Of a DNA stretch of 64,000 nucleotides, positions 37,916 to 50,750 are shown in pieces. The position numbers were made by a program, and so were the translations under genes. Source of the DNA: Lophium mytilinum (taxonomy: Eukaryota); the NCBI GenBank assembly GCA_010093605.1, contig MU004194.1:1340323-1404322 (forward strand), written 5' to 3'. The notes under the pieces are model-generated. The model was given only the letters and a program-made list of their open reading frames with translations, was not told the origin of the DNA and did no database searches. How positions within the stretch are numbered: the first letter of the stretch is position 1; every line of letters starts with the position of its first letter.

Positions 37916-38904
37916 ATGCATTTCTCACGAACCATCGCTGCGTCGCTTTTTGTGGTCGGGCAGGTGTTGGCAACAAAGCATGAGATGTCGAGTTCAGCGG
38001 CAGGATACGCTGCCATCACAGCGGCAGCGACGGCGACGACTGTCATTTCTTCCACGATCGAGGTCACATCTACTCTTACAGTAGCGGCACAAGCCGCCAA
38101 TACTGCCAGTGCAACCGCCGCTGCAGCGGGCCAAGAGACTGTTCATGTCGTCCAAGTAGGAGGTTCCAATGGCACGACTATCTTTTCGCCGAACAATGTC
38201 ATCGCAGCCGCTGGTGACCTCGTCCAGTTCCAATTCAACGCAAAGGTCCGTTGGCTGCATCTAAGTTTATTATAACTCCACTAAGTCGTCTCAATAGAAC
38301 CATTCCGTCGTTCAATCCACCTTCGACCAGCCCTGTGTCCCCATCCAGAACGTGATGCCGAACAAGACCGACGCGTTCTTCTCTGGCTTCATGGCCAACA
38401 ACCACACCTTCGGCAAGGCGGGCGTGCAACTAGTCTACACTATCCGCGTCAAGGACACAAAGCCTATCTGGTTCTATTGCTCCCAGGCGAAGCATTGCCA
38501 GTCCGGGATGGTCGGAGCCATCAACGCGTACGTAACACTGCTACTCGCCTCAGCACACACACATACTAACACATCTCCACAGTGCCGCTAGCGGCAACAA
38601 GACCGTCCAAGCCTTCGCAGCGCTCGCAGCCGGCGCCGCTGTCAACTTGTCCCCGGGTGAGAACCCAGCCGCCGCCGCCGCATCCAGCGCTGTCGCCTCC
38701 CTAGGTGGAGCCTCCTCCATCGCGACCGCGACGGCAGCAGTATCAGGCGTTGCGGGCGCGACGGGCGGTGGAGCCACAGCTGCAAGCACATCGGGGCCCC
38801 CTCTTCAGTCCGTCAACGCCGCGCCCGGACGATTCGCCGACGCCGCCAGGAGTGGGATGGCGGGTATTGCGTACGCGGTTATTGCTGCTTTCTTCATGCT
38901 ATAG
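37916..38904 (+). CDS. Secreted, probably GPI-anchored Ser/Ala/Thr-rich cupredoxin-like protein; exons 37916-38245, 38298-38527, 38583-38904
   Basis: Signal peptide; HVVQVG, F.P....A..GD.VQF.F, NHSVVQSTFDQPC, WFYCSQAKHCQSGMVGAIN (His/Cys/His/Met ligands); hydrophobic C-terminus. Confidence 0.85.
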
Positions 38905-39970
38905 TGTTGAGTTGGGTATACCACGGTTTGAGAATGGGCGCGGAGAGTAAAGGGTTGAAGCTTTGTAAGCTGGGGCTTATTGCCATCGGCTGAGCCGCCG
39001 TATATTCGTTGGATGCACTTTTTGGGCGTTTGTTGCTAAAGCAGATAGCTGTGTTTGGTGTGTGCATATTACTGTATGTTGGATGCATAGACTCGTAATA
39101 CAATGAACTCTTGTCATAGATTGTGGAGCATCATGTGGAGTCTAGTTAGAATTCTATTGTAACGTTGAGTTCTAGAGAAGTGAAGAGTTTTTTTTGCCTG
39201 GCTTTAGAAGGGCTAGAACTTGAAGCAAATATTCATTCGATAGTGTGTATTATTTACCGTCATTCTCAGCCTTCTGTGGGGCGTGTTTAGTCAAGCTTTT
39301 GATGGACTGAACGCGCATTTCGGACGCTACTCTAGGCCAACCGCGAACCAGGTCAGATAGCACAGCTCCGTTCGGACTAGTCAGGAACAACTGGAAAGAA
39401 ACAGTAGCGAGTGATTGCTATCAAAAACGTAAAGGGATCGAAGTATGGGATCGCAACTATTTTCTGTCTAGACATGTGTTTGTTCTAGATGGATGCCGCT
39501 GCATGGGAGAAGGTCAACAAATAAGGCTGGATCCAGCCGGAAGGGAGCCGTTTGAGAGTTGCATTATCGTAACCCCTCGATTGGCGGGGATTCCAGCCCT
39601 GCGAGTCGGTCCCTGCATTTCTCCCCAGCGGCTAGCTACGTCACTGCCAGCTCCCGCGTCGACCACGGATCGCTCGAGCTTGATCGCTCGCGCAACCACG
39701 AACCTCCAAGTTCCACGGCACTTGCCAACTTCACCCTTCATGATCGGCGTCCATCTTCCATGGCGCGGGTCGCCTTTCTCTCCCGTACTCACCACTCCCC
39801 TCGGTACTCTCCTACACCCTTTTGCACACCTCCCTATAACATTATTGACTTGTCATTTTCCCTATTTCACCCTGCGAAGAGCCTCCGTATCACTCCGAAC
39901 GGCTCCCGCAGAACCTTGAACAACCCTTATCGCGTCTTATAACAACTCGACACACGGCCTGGTAACCAGT

Positions 39971-41275
39971 ATGTTGTTGAAATCGGTACGGGCTGGTGCC
40001 CTCATCCTAGGATTGACGTTGCCGGCTACCTATGGCCACAGTTTGATGGATCGACTCAGTGCTCGTGAATTCAGCACGAGGGGATTTAAGAGACAGGATT
40101 CAGATAGCCCCATCATTGTCACAAACTACTGCGGGGAAGACATTTGGCCTGGGATCGTTACGCAGTCTGGAACAGGCCCCGCAGAGGGTGGCTTCAGGCT
40201 GCAGCCCGGAGAATCCAAGAATCAGACTGTATCGGCGGGCTGGGGAGGGCGTGTTTGGGGTAGAACCAATTGTACCTTCAACGATGCAGGTACTGCCTCT
40301 TCGAACGGTACTGGCAAAGCATGTTATACCGGGGACTGTAACAGTGCTCTGAACTGTATCGTAACAGTATGTCTCGCTGTGCTTCGTCTGTCCTCTTTCC
40401 CTTGGCTAATGCTATATGAACTCAGGGAGAAACTCCAGCTACACTTGCCGAGTTCTACTTGGATGACTCCAATGGCAAGACCTGGTATGATATCTCACTG
40501 GTCGATGGCTACAACGTCCCAATGGCAATAGTCATGCAGCCCCTTGCCAATTCGAGTCTGGAAGATATACCGCCAAACCTCACGAACCCTTCATGTGTAG
40601 CAACCCTGGGTGAACTGAAGGAGCCGGGTTACGACCCTTACACTAGCGGCTACGAGATCTTCCTCGGAACGAACAGCTCTTATCCATTGCCGTTTGACCG
40701 AAACGTCGACGATTCACATGTTGCCCGCTGGTGCCCGTGGGACCTGCAACTCAGCCCCCCTCAAAAGCCAGGAGACGGAGTGTATCCCTATCCCGACGAT
40801 AACATTCAGCGGCCCGCATTCGACCCTTGCTACTCTGCATGCGCAAAATACAATACTCCAGACTACTGCTGCACTACTCCAGAGTATGGGCGCGGCAATT
40901 GCAAAGCAGGAGACTGGGGCAAGGCTGCGAAGACTGTTTGTCCTGACGCCTATAGCTACGGTAAGCATGTGCTTCGTATAACACTGCTATGCTCAAGCAT
41001 CAGCCTTATTTAGCTAGAACTGGTCCCCCTCCTTAAGTCCTGTTACTAACCTGTGACTAGCCTTGGATGACGACAGTTCAATGTTCATGGCCCCAAGTGG
41101 AGGTGGATTCCAAGTTGTCTTCTGTCCTGGGGGCCGATCCACCACAATCCTCAGCTCGGAAAGAGAGGCAACTCAACAAATGAAAAACGGAAGCACCCCT
41201 AGCGGGAACGCAAATCCTGGTGAGAGCCCTCAAAAAAGGCACCTTACCAAGAAGACAGGCCGGCGACATGTCTAG
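39971..41275 (+). CDS. Thaumatin-like (PR-5/osmotin family) secreted protein; exons 39971-40366, 40426-40960, 41061-41275
   Basis: Signal peptide; VTNYCGEDIWPG, GRVWGRTNC, TLAEF, YDISLVDGYNVPM, CPDAYSYALDD, VVFCP. Confidence 0.92.
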
Positions 41276-42109
41276 GCTCAGGTTCGTGCTACAGTCCTGA
41301 ACCAGACTCCTTCTCTCTGGGCTACCTTGGGTTGGATTTCCCTGATATTGTCTATTCCACTTTTCAGTACGCCCTGTTGGTATCGCATACTACGTCGCAA
41401 TCGCCGATCCGACCTATAGGAATGCAGGCGTGCTGTTCAGTCTATGCCTACAGTCGACCACCTAGCCTGAGAAGCAGGCTTGCACTCTGTAGCAGCGCCG
41501 CGACGGGCCTCGGATGATTGTTGATCAGGAGGGTAGAGCAATACGTGCTCGGGAACATAGCAACGTGCTCATAATAGCATCATCCGGGTGAAAGAGACAG
41601 TTCCCATCTCGAATGCACAGGTCCCTTCCCTCACACATGCTCATCAAGAATAGCATTATCTCGAATGCACTTCTTATGTATGGAGTCGGTTGTTTGCATG
41701 ACATGTTGCCCTCCTTGTAATGGTAGATAACCTCAGGATGTCTTATTATGACTTCTGAGCCTGCAACATTATGCTCACTGAACTGCACTATCACATACTA
41801 GTGAATCTCGCTAGTGAAATGGTAGCTAAGACAGCCTATTTGAGGATTATCCTGCTTGCGTCACGGAAGAATGGTTCATAAAGCCCCTGGTTTGCTTGGT
41901 GACATATTCTAGGGCATCTGCTTGTTGTCAACTCGCCGTGTAATGAGTCTAGCTACCCCCGAGATTGCTCCAACAGCCTTCATCTCATGTCGAAATGCCA
42001 ACCTTGGAACAACGAATAGCAGAACGCAGTCGGACAGTACCTCCAGATACCGCCACGACCGTAGTTTGGTAATCTATAGGGAGCCATAGTAGAGATGCCC
42101 TATCGCGTT

Positions 42110-42300
42110 GTAACCAGATATCTTAACGGGCCTTAGAAGTCTCCATAGATAGAGAGGTAAGAGGGGTTAGTAGACATGTAGATTAAAGCTCTTAACGCCG
42201 CGCCGTGTAATATAAACCACGAGAGCGCGGTGTGATGAGCTGTGGGGGGGAATAAATTACCTTTGTTTAAGCGCGGCGTGATACAATAAATTAAAGCACG
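42110..42300. repeat. Small TpA-rich (RIP-like) fragment with an internal inverted repeat
   Basis: TA-enriched; ACGCCGCGC (~42195) is complementary to GCGCGGCGT (~42271). Confidence 0.35.
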
Positions 42301-42732
42301 TGACTCTGGGAGATACCGTACAGACTTCTCGAATACGGCGAGCGGCTCCTCGGCAGTCTTTTGCACCGGGCTACGATTGCTTGTGGTGGCGGTGTCGTGT
42401 TCTGGAAAAGACCTCGACGTCCACCTGCTGTTGCTTAAGCGGAGCAGCGGCCTTGCGGCTTGATCCCGCTTTAGGGCCTCTTTTTCCACCACTCAACTCC
42501 CGCCATATCAGCCATGGTCAACGGGCGGCCTCGGAGTGCCGTCGCCGTCTCGTGCAGCCTCTCCCCGCTGCTCTACCAGGAGCTGCTGTCAGGTTAGCCT
42601 GGCCTAAATGTCCCGATGTCACCGCGCCCGCCAACCACTATACCCTCTTCGAAACGGAGGGCTCAAACAGCTTCATCCACGAGCGAGCACTCCGCAGCCA
42701 AGCTACTGCCGCTCGTCTCGATGGAGCACACA

Positions 42733-42749
42733 CGGCAGCCACTGCTCCG
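42733..42749. promoter_or_regulatory. CGG-N11-CCG Zn2Cys6 (Gal4/CLR-2-type) site upstream of the beta-mannosidase
   Basis: CGG CAGCCACTGCT CCG, ~160 bp upstream of ATG 42910 and just upstream of a TATA-like element (~42804). Confidence 0.45.
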
Positions 42750-42909
42750 GAAGTGCTGTCGTCTACAGTGCCGCGTCCATACTGACTGAGTGCCTATGCT
42801 GCCTATATGTAGTCTGACAGCACCAGCTTAAGTCCAGCCTGTTCGGCACCTCTCGTAGCATTGCAATCAGCTTCTAAACTATCCTCAATTGCTCCTCAGC
42901 TTCAACACC

Positions 42910-45775
42910 ATGGCCCAAGCGTTGGCAGTGCACGACTTGACGTCCGAGTGGTCTTTCAAGCAAACCGACGACACAGCCGACAATGCCTGGCTTCCTGTTG
43001 CTCACGTCCCCACCAACGTCCACCTCGACCTCATTGCCCATGGAAAGTATGTTTCCCAGGTCCAGGAGTGGGCATACAAGCAATTGACAGTCGTACAGGA
43101 TCCCTGACCCTTTCCTGGGCTTCAATGAGCTCAAGGCGGAGTGGGTAGCGGACAAGTCGTGGACCTACAAGACGAAGCTCCCAGACAGCCCCACCCCTCA
43201 AGAAGGCACCGTTACTTTTCTAGCCTTCGATGGGCTTGACACCTTTGCAACCGTTAAACTCAATGGCGAGACCATCCTCACTAGCGACAACATGTTTATA
43301 CCCCACCGGATAGACGTAACGAATAAATTGAAGCCTGGACCGAATAATGTTCTTGAGATTGACTTTGCTTCAGCAAGATTACGGGCAATTGAGCTCAAGG
43401 AGGCACATTCGGAGCATACATGGGTGGGTTTCAATGGTGACATGGCGCGGCTGGCAGTCAGAAAGGCTCAATATCATTGGTGGGTGCCACGATAGAGGGC
43501 AGGCTCTGCTAGATATACTGACGCCTGCTAGGGGCTGGGACTGGGGCCCAGTGCTGAATACCTGCGGACCGTGGAGATCAGTGCGTCTCGAGACGTATCA
43601 GTCTAGGATCTCGGACCTACGTATCGACTACGAGCTGGACGCGAACCTGAAGGCTGCAAGCGGCACCATCACGACGAAGGTGGAGGGGCAGTCTGGCAAA
43701 ACCGTGGCTTTTGTAGCCCACATTGAAGACAGCGTGGTCTTCAAGGGTTCTGCGGATGTCGACAGTGATGGCGTAGCCAAGGTTGAGTTCCGTGTCAATG
43801 ATCCCCAGCTGTGGTACCCCCATGGCTATGGTGCCCAGCCTTTATACACTGTAACCGCCACAGTCTCCACTGGCGAGGTTGACCTGCATTCTGCATCTCG
43901 AAGGACTGGTTTCCGCAAAGGAGAACTTATTCAGCAGCCTGATGAAATCGGCAAGACCTTCTTCTTCCGCATCAACGGCGTGGATGTGTTCTGTGGTGGG
44001 TCTGACTGGATTCCCGCGGACAGCTTCACGCCAAGGGTGACGGCTGAGAAGTACCGTAAGTGGCTGGAGATGATGGTTGACGGCTATCAAGTCATGATCA
44101 GGTAAGCAAAAGCGTCAGATACTTTTGATTTCATGCAGCTAATCACCATTCTAAGAATCTGGGGCGGTGGAATATGGGAAGAAGACGTTTTCTACGACCT
44201 TTGCGATGAGCTCGGAGTCCTTGTCTGGCAAGATTTCATGTTTGGCTGCGGCAACTATCCGGCGTGGCCTGAACTCCTCGAATCCATCCGACTCGAGTGC
44301 ATAGCGAATGTCGCAAGGCTCCGCCACCATCCTGCCATCGTCATATACGCTGGCAACAACGAGGACTACCAAGTGCAGGAGCAGTTCAATCTGACTTATA
44401 AATACGAGGACAAGGACCCGGAGAATTGGCTGAAGACAGATTTCCCTGCAAGATATATCTACGAGAAGGTAAGTGGATACGTCGGGTAGCCCGGTCTTAC
44501 ACGAGAGCCGTTCTGACACAACCTACTTTTAGATCCTACCTGAAGTGGTCACGCAGGAGAGCCCGCATGTCGCATACCATCCTGGCAGTCCCTGGGGAGA
44601 TGGTTTAATCACTTCAAACACAACCGTTGGCGATATGCACCAGTGGAATGGTGAGTTAAGGCCAAGTATTCCCCACTGTAAAGCCTGGCAATCTGACGAG
44701 ATAATCAGTATGGCACGGCACGCAAGAGAAGTACCAAATCTTCGACACCCTTGGAGGCCGTTTCAATAGCGAGTTCGGCATGGAGGCTTTTCCGCATATC
44801 GAGACGATCAAGTACTACTGCACGGACCCGACACAGCTTTACCCGCAATCTCACATGTTGGACTTCCATAATAAAGCAGATGGTCACGAGCGCAGGATTG
44901 CAACATATTTGGTGGAGAACTTCAGAACCCAGACTGATCTAGAGGTGGGTCTCACGTCTTATCCCGGGTGATATAGGTGAAAACAGTGGGGCTAATGAGT
45001 GTGGCGACAGGCCTTTATCCACCTGACGCAGCTATCCCAAGCGGAGGCATTGATGTTTGGATACCGGGGATGGCGACGGCAGTGGGGCCAGAAGCGGTTT
45101 TGTGGCGGCGCGCTGGTGTGGCAGCTGAACGACTGCTGGCCTGTCACATCGTGGTCGATTGTGGATTACTTCCTGCGCAAGAAGCCAGCATATTATGCGA
45201 TGCGGCGGGTGCTAGCGCCAGTGGCCGTGGCAGTAAAGAGAGCTCATCACGACTGGAGCGTGGTTCATGCTCGCGTACCCAAAACGAGCGATTACGAATT
45301 GTGGGTTGCCAGCAGCCAGCCAGGCGAATTAACAGCGACGGTAGAAATGCGTTTCATCTCGGTTGCGACAGGCAAGGAAATTAAGGAGTCCATCATCAAG
45401 AAAGATATCGCCATTGTGGCAAACGGGACGACGGACGTACTCTCGGGGACCATTGACAATGTTAACGAGGAGCCCCACGTCCTGGCGGCCAGGATATGGA
45501 TCGACGACCAGGTGGTCTCCCGCGACGTGGATTGGCCACAGCCGCTCAAGTACCTTAGCTTCGAAGACCGCGGGGTGGAGGTGTACCATCGCGGAGACAA
45601 CATCTCGATCAAGGCGGCGCGGCCGACGAAGGGTCTGGTGTTCGAGGAGCGAACAGGCGTGCTGGTGGCTGACAGCGCTATCGACGTCGTGCCAGGCGAT
45701 GAACAGGTTGTCAAGGTGAGGGGCTTGGGACCGAGCGACCAACCGCTGCGCTGGACATATCTGGGGCGCACTTGA
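42910..45775 (+). CDS. mndB: GH2 beta-mannosidase, intracellular MndB-type; exons 42910-43046, 43099-43479, 43532-44101, 44156-44468, 44533-44650, 44709-44944, 45011-45775
   Basis: FDGLDTFA, RKAQYHWGWDWGP, GSDWIPAD, RIWGGG, WQDFMFGC, acid/base GNNE, nucleophile SEFG, WQLNDCWP; no signal peptide. Confidence 0.92.
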
Positions 45776-46876
45776 TGCGGCGGCGCACATGACGAGGGTG
45801 CTGCAATGCACGGCAGATGCAGCACGCTCGCCTGGTTGCGGGAAATGTCTGGGGTTTCGCGTGCTGACGGCAGCCGCCCGCAATGGTTGTTGAGCAGCAC
45901 TGGCGGAGAGATGGGTGGACGGCGACGATGATCTGACGCAGGCGTCGTGGTTGGATCTGCCGTTCTGTCAAGGTTTAGGGAACGCACAGTGCAGGAAGGC
46001 GACCGGATATTGGGGGGAGGGCTATATCAGGCGCAACTATGATATGTCAATTAAGGGCTCCTGGCGTGATTCGGATGCTCGAAACGGCCCACGCAACCAC
46101 AGCTCTCACGCTTTCTGAGGACGGGGAGCGGGTACTGTGCATGCAAAACGACGGTGTGAGGATGCTGTATAATGCGGGCGTTAATATGGTAGCCATCTGA
46201 CTAGGGAGAATAACCTTTCCAAGGCCGTTTCAAAAAGTCTTAAGGTTTACACGAGGCGTTAGGTAGTCCTGGCGGCGCCCTGGCGGCCTTCAAGGACACC
46301 CTGGGCCCGGGACTTGATCCCGCATTATGGTTCACGGGGAGCTGGCCGAGGCTGTCCAGGTGCGATCAAGCAGCCAGCGGGCCGCAGCTCGGCCGTTGAA
46401 ATGGCGGGGTGAAAGTTGGTTCCCACTGACTGGCCTGACTGGCTTCCCGCGTGCTTGACTGACTCCAGTTCTCCAGCTCGAATCTCGCTTGGGGTTGCTG
46501 TCACGCCGCAGGGCCGCTCACATATCAAACACCGCCCGTCGTCCCCGGCATGCCCAGCGCTCTAGCGGGGAGCTATACTGCGGGGGACATGGAGAAGTAC
46601 TTTACTAGTATCACGCTGCTGAACGTGTCTGCATCTGCCCATCCCGATCTCTCTCCACCCCAATACACACGTCGTCTCCTGCGCCAGAGTCAGCCGTCAG
46701 CCTCATACTTCTCCTCCCCAGTCCACGGGCCTTCATCCGCGGCGATTTGCACCACCTCGTCCACATATACCTGCATTGCGAACCTCGGCCCCTCCGTCGC
46801 GTTTTGTGCGGCATGTCGGGCTGATCCACATCTTCTCCACGCGCCACAACTCCCGAGCACCAACTCACTAGCCCCG

Positions 46877-49269
46877 ATGTTCCACACCTTCCAGAGCTCC
46901 GTGGCCCAGCGGTCACCGGCACCTGCTGGGGATCTTGACGAGCAGACGAAACCCACGGCCCGGTCGACGGGTTCGCGCCGCATCTCAACGAGCAACGCCT
47001 GTGTCGAGTGCCGGCGTCGCAAGATTCGATGTGATGGCACCCAGCCGTGTGGCCAGTGCCAGTGGTACCAGCATCCCGAGGCCTGTGGCTACTCGAAACC
47101 TGCACAGCGCGTGGTGCCGTCCCGCAAGTAAGACTTTCTGCACTGTGAAGCGTGATGGTTGTGCTGAATGAGTGCAGGTTGGTGGACAAGCTGTCTTCCT
47201 CTATCGATCAATACCGCAGTGTCATCAGCCTCTTGTTTCCCGGCAAGCATCTTGACTCTCTGGTGTCTCTGCCCCGTGAAGAGCTCTTGGAGCTAGCATT
47301 ATCACTGCCTGCTCAATCTGCCACTTCGCCCTCGACGTCGATCCCGCAGCAGGGCGCCACTCCGCATTCCGAAGGCGCTGATAGTCTCGAGGCTCTCGAG
47401 CAGGCGCCGCCAGAGGATCCCGAGTGGGACGAAGCCCGCAAGCACCAGGACAAGATCCAGGGCATCTCCGACGATGTGAATGGGCTGTCCATGTCCGTGG
47501 ACCGCCTCTCCTCCTATGTGGGCATCTCGTCAATCACTGCTGCGCTGAAAGTCATCGTGAAATGTGCCCCTCAAGCGCGACCATTCATCGCCCACAGCTA
47601 CAATGACACTGCATTGCCCAGCCGGAGCAACTCTCCTCCTCCAGAGATTGCGGAAGAAAGCCCCGGCGCAGTGCCAGCTGGAAGGGAAGGTCAGGCGCTG
47701 ATTGAAAGCTACTTCGAGCGCGTACATCTCTTCTTCCCCATGATTGATGAGCGCAAATTTTGGACCACCTACCTATACGGCGAACGGAGTGACTCGCCTT
47801 GGCTAGCTCTCCTAAACATGGTTTTTGCTCTTGGCTCCCTCGCATCTTCAACGGCAGATAACGAGGCACATTACTCTTATTTCACACGGTCGCGGCGACA
47901 CCTTTCTCTAGAATCTTTCGGCAGTGGTAATCTAGAAGTTCTGCAAGCACTAGGCATGATGTGCGGCTACTACATGCACTACCTCAACAGACCAAATGAA
48001 GCTCATTCGCTGATGGGGGGAACGTTGCGAATGGCTACTGCGCTTGGCTTACATCGAGAGTATGCGGAGCCCGCTCGCCACAGCAGTGGGAACACACTCA
48101 GCATCATGCAGCACGGCGAACCCGACTCGATCTCTCCGGAAATGAGGCGGAGGATATGGTGGAGCTTGTTTTGCCTGGATTCGTGGGCTTCTACCACGAC
48201 AGGGCGTCCTTCTCTTGGTAGAATGGGCGCATCGATTACCGTGAACCTACCTGGGAAGATCACGAATCCTGTATGCTGCTCACCCTGTCAACTTCTCTAA
48301 GTGGTGCTAACACTTCTACAGGCACACATGTTTGCTCAGCCAAACAGCGCTCAATACATCGAGCAGCTTAAGGTCCTTCCCCTGATACACGCCAGCGAGT
48401 TTTGCAAAATAGGCACTCGAATCCAAGACCGCCTCGTCGAGCAACCGCTATTAAAATTCGAGGAACTCGCCCAATTCGACGCCGACCTTGTCCGCTGGCA
48501 CGACGACCTCCCCTCCATACTCGCCAACACGGAAGAGCCCTGCCCCGACTTCCTCAAACGCGTCCGACTAGTCATGAAATGGCGCCTCCAAAACATCCGC
48601 ATCGTCCTGCACCGCCCGGTCCTCCTCTCCACCGCCCTCCGCCGCGCCCCCTTCGTCGCCCTCTCCGCCGAAGAGAAAGTCGCCGTAGGCAAATGCCGCC
48701 TAATCGCCGCCAAGACGATCGAAGACATGGCGGCCGAGTGCGACAACGATCTCATCTCGGGCTGGAACGCGTGCTGGTTCGCGTTCCAGGCGTCCATGGT
48801 GCCGCTCGTCTCCCTCTTCAGCGACGCCTCCAACCCCGACGACATCGACAAGTGGCGCGCGTCGGTCGAGACGGTGCTCGCCTTCTTCGCGCGCATCATG
48901 CCCTACTCCATCGCCGCGCGCCGCTCGGCCGATGCCGTCTCGAAGCTCTACGACGCCTACAAGATTGCGGCGGAAGCTGCGGAATCGATGGCGCAGCAGC
49001 CGGCGCACTACAGCAATAACAACAGCTTTTTGGGTGTTGAGGGGCTGGACTCGAACGGCGTCCCGCAGGATGTGACGGCGGGGCTGGGCGGCATGGGCGG
49101 CGGCATGGGCACGTGGCCGGATCCGGCGAGCATGGGGAACCTGTCGGGCTTCTGGGACGATATGATGTGGGATACCAACCTGCCGGATATGCTGGAGACG
49201 CCGTTTGGGATTGGGGATTATGATTTTCAGAGCGCGGCGCAGGATGGGAGTTGGATGCAGGGGAATTGA
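46877..49269 (+). CDS. Zn(II)2Cys6 transcription factor with fungal TF middle-homology domain, CLR-2/ClrB(ManR)/ManS-like; exons 46877-47127, 47178-48270, 48322-49269
   Basis: ACVECRRRKIRCDGTQPCGQCQWYQHPEAC; MFHTF start; SDDVNGLSMS...SYVGISS; LGLHRE and RRRIWWSLFCLD. Subfamily assignment is from recall of family motifs. Confidence 0.85.
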
Positions 49270-50750
49270 ATTTTGGCTACTGGATAAAGAGCGCGGGCGC
49301 GCGGGCGAACTGGTATACGGAAAAGTGGCTTTTTGGTGTTGTGCATAGGTTGTGGCTTGGGCTGGCCTTTGCTTTGGGTGTAGGAGTAGGCGGGATGGGA
49401 GGGGCGGAATTTCTTGCATTTGTGCACGGTTGGGGATTGGGTTGGTTATGGTTGCCTTCTACTTGGCACCTGGATGTATACTCTACGACATATAAAAGGG
49501 GGATATAGGCCTGGGAGGAGAGGTATGGGAAGCTTACCAGCGCGTCAAATCGTCGATACAAGCGTCCCATTTCTCGTATTCTCAGAGATCATGGGAAGGG
49601 TGTTTTGGATTAGGAAAGGGGGTAAGAATGACATTATATGCTTGCATTATGGGGAAGGCTGGTGGTTGTAGTATATGCACATGGAACTGTCTGGGTATAT
49701 AGCGAAAGCGAAGAATTTCAGAGCAGCGAGGATTTGGCGTAGAGATGTGAGGTGCGTGTCGTGCTGAAATGGGAGATGCTACCATGCTACTGCGTTTGCT
49801 ATTGGCAGAGAAGGAGCGCTGGGGAAATAGCGTAATCACGTAGGTCGGGTATATGAGAGGGACCTTGCGGGAGGTTTATAGTAGGGCTGCTACGAGGGAC
49901 TTTGCTAAGTGTATAGATCGTATATCTGTATTAGGGTGTGGTACGCTAATGGATATCCGCGGGTGGGAGATCCGGCGATGGTCGCGGGTAGAGTGGAAGA
50001 CAGGGTTTGATCGGCGATTGGATAGGGAAGGTATGGATTTCAATATACTAGGTGAGAGGATGGAAGTATACTTTCCGAGGGGGTTGGGTCTTGCGCACGT
50101 GATGGCGTGGATGTTGGGTTTGTGCTTGATTACTCAGATCTAAGAGTTTGATGAAGAGATATGCGTTTTCGAAAGCTATATCGCCTCCTGAGTAGCACGG
50201 AGCTGAAGTATATAATGCGTGTTTGTTTGATCTACAATTAAGCTGTAAATCCAGTCTTGATGAATTGGCTGTCGAGTCAAGAGTATGGTAAAATCTAGTC
50301 TTGTAAAGTCGAGGCTGACATTCGAGGAGCCAGATTCTTAGAGTCGATTAGCATAAAGATAGGTAGGTATAGTAGGCCGACTTGCGCTTTCCAATCATGC
50401 GCGGAGAAGCTGAAGGTTCTCGCCGGCTCGTCCGGATAGCTTTCTCTAGGAAGGGTCGAGTGTAATTTGCCCCTGACGGCATCCTGATCGCTAAGGGCAA
50501 ACCTTTGGTGGGAGAAGTCGCGCTAGGACGAAGTCGCGCCAACGTCTCGCCATCATCTCATGCTCAAATATTCCCATGCCAATCCTGCCGTCTAATCCCA
50601 CGTCTCCTTAAGGAGCTCCTCGAACTGCGAAAACTTCCTCTTTCCTCTGCGCATATTTCCGATCGTTCCGTCAGCCCCTAGAGTGCGCACCTTGTATCTG
50701 CGGCCACCATCATTCACTCCTCCGACCCGGCCATATTACTCCTCGCCACC

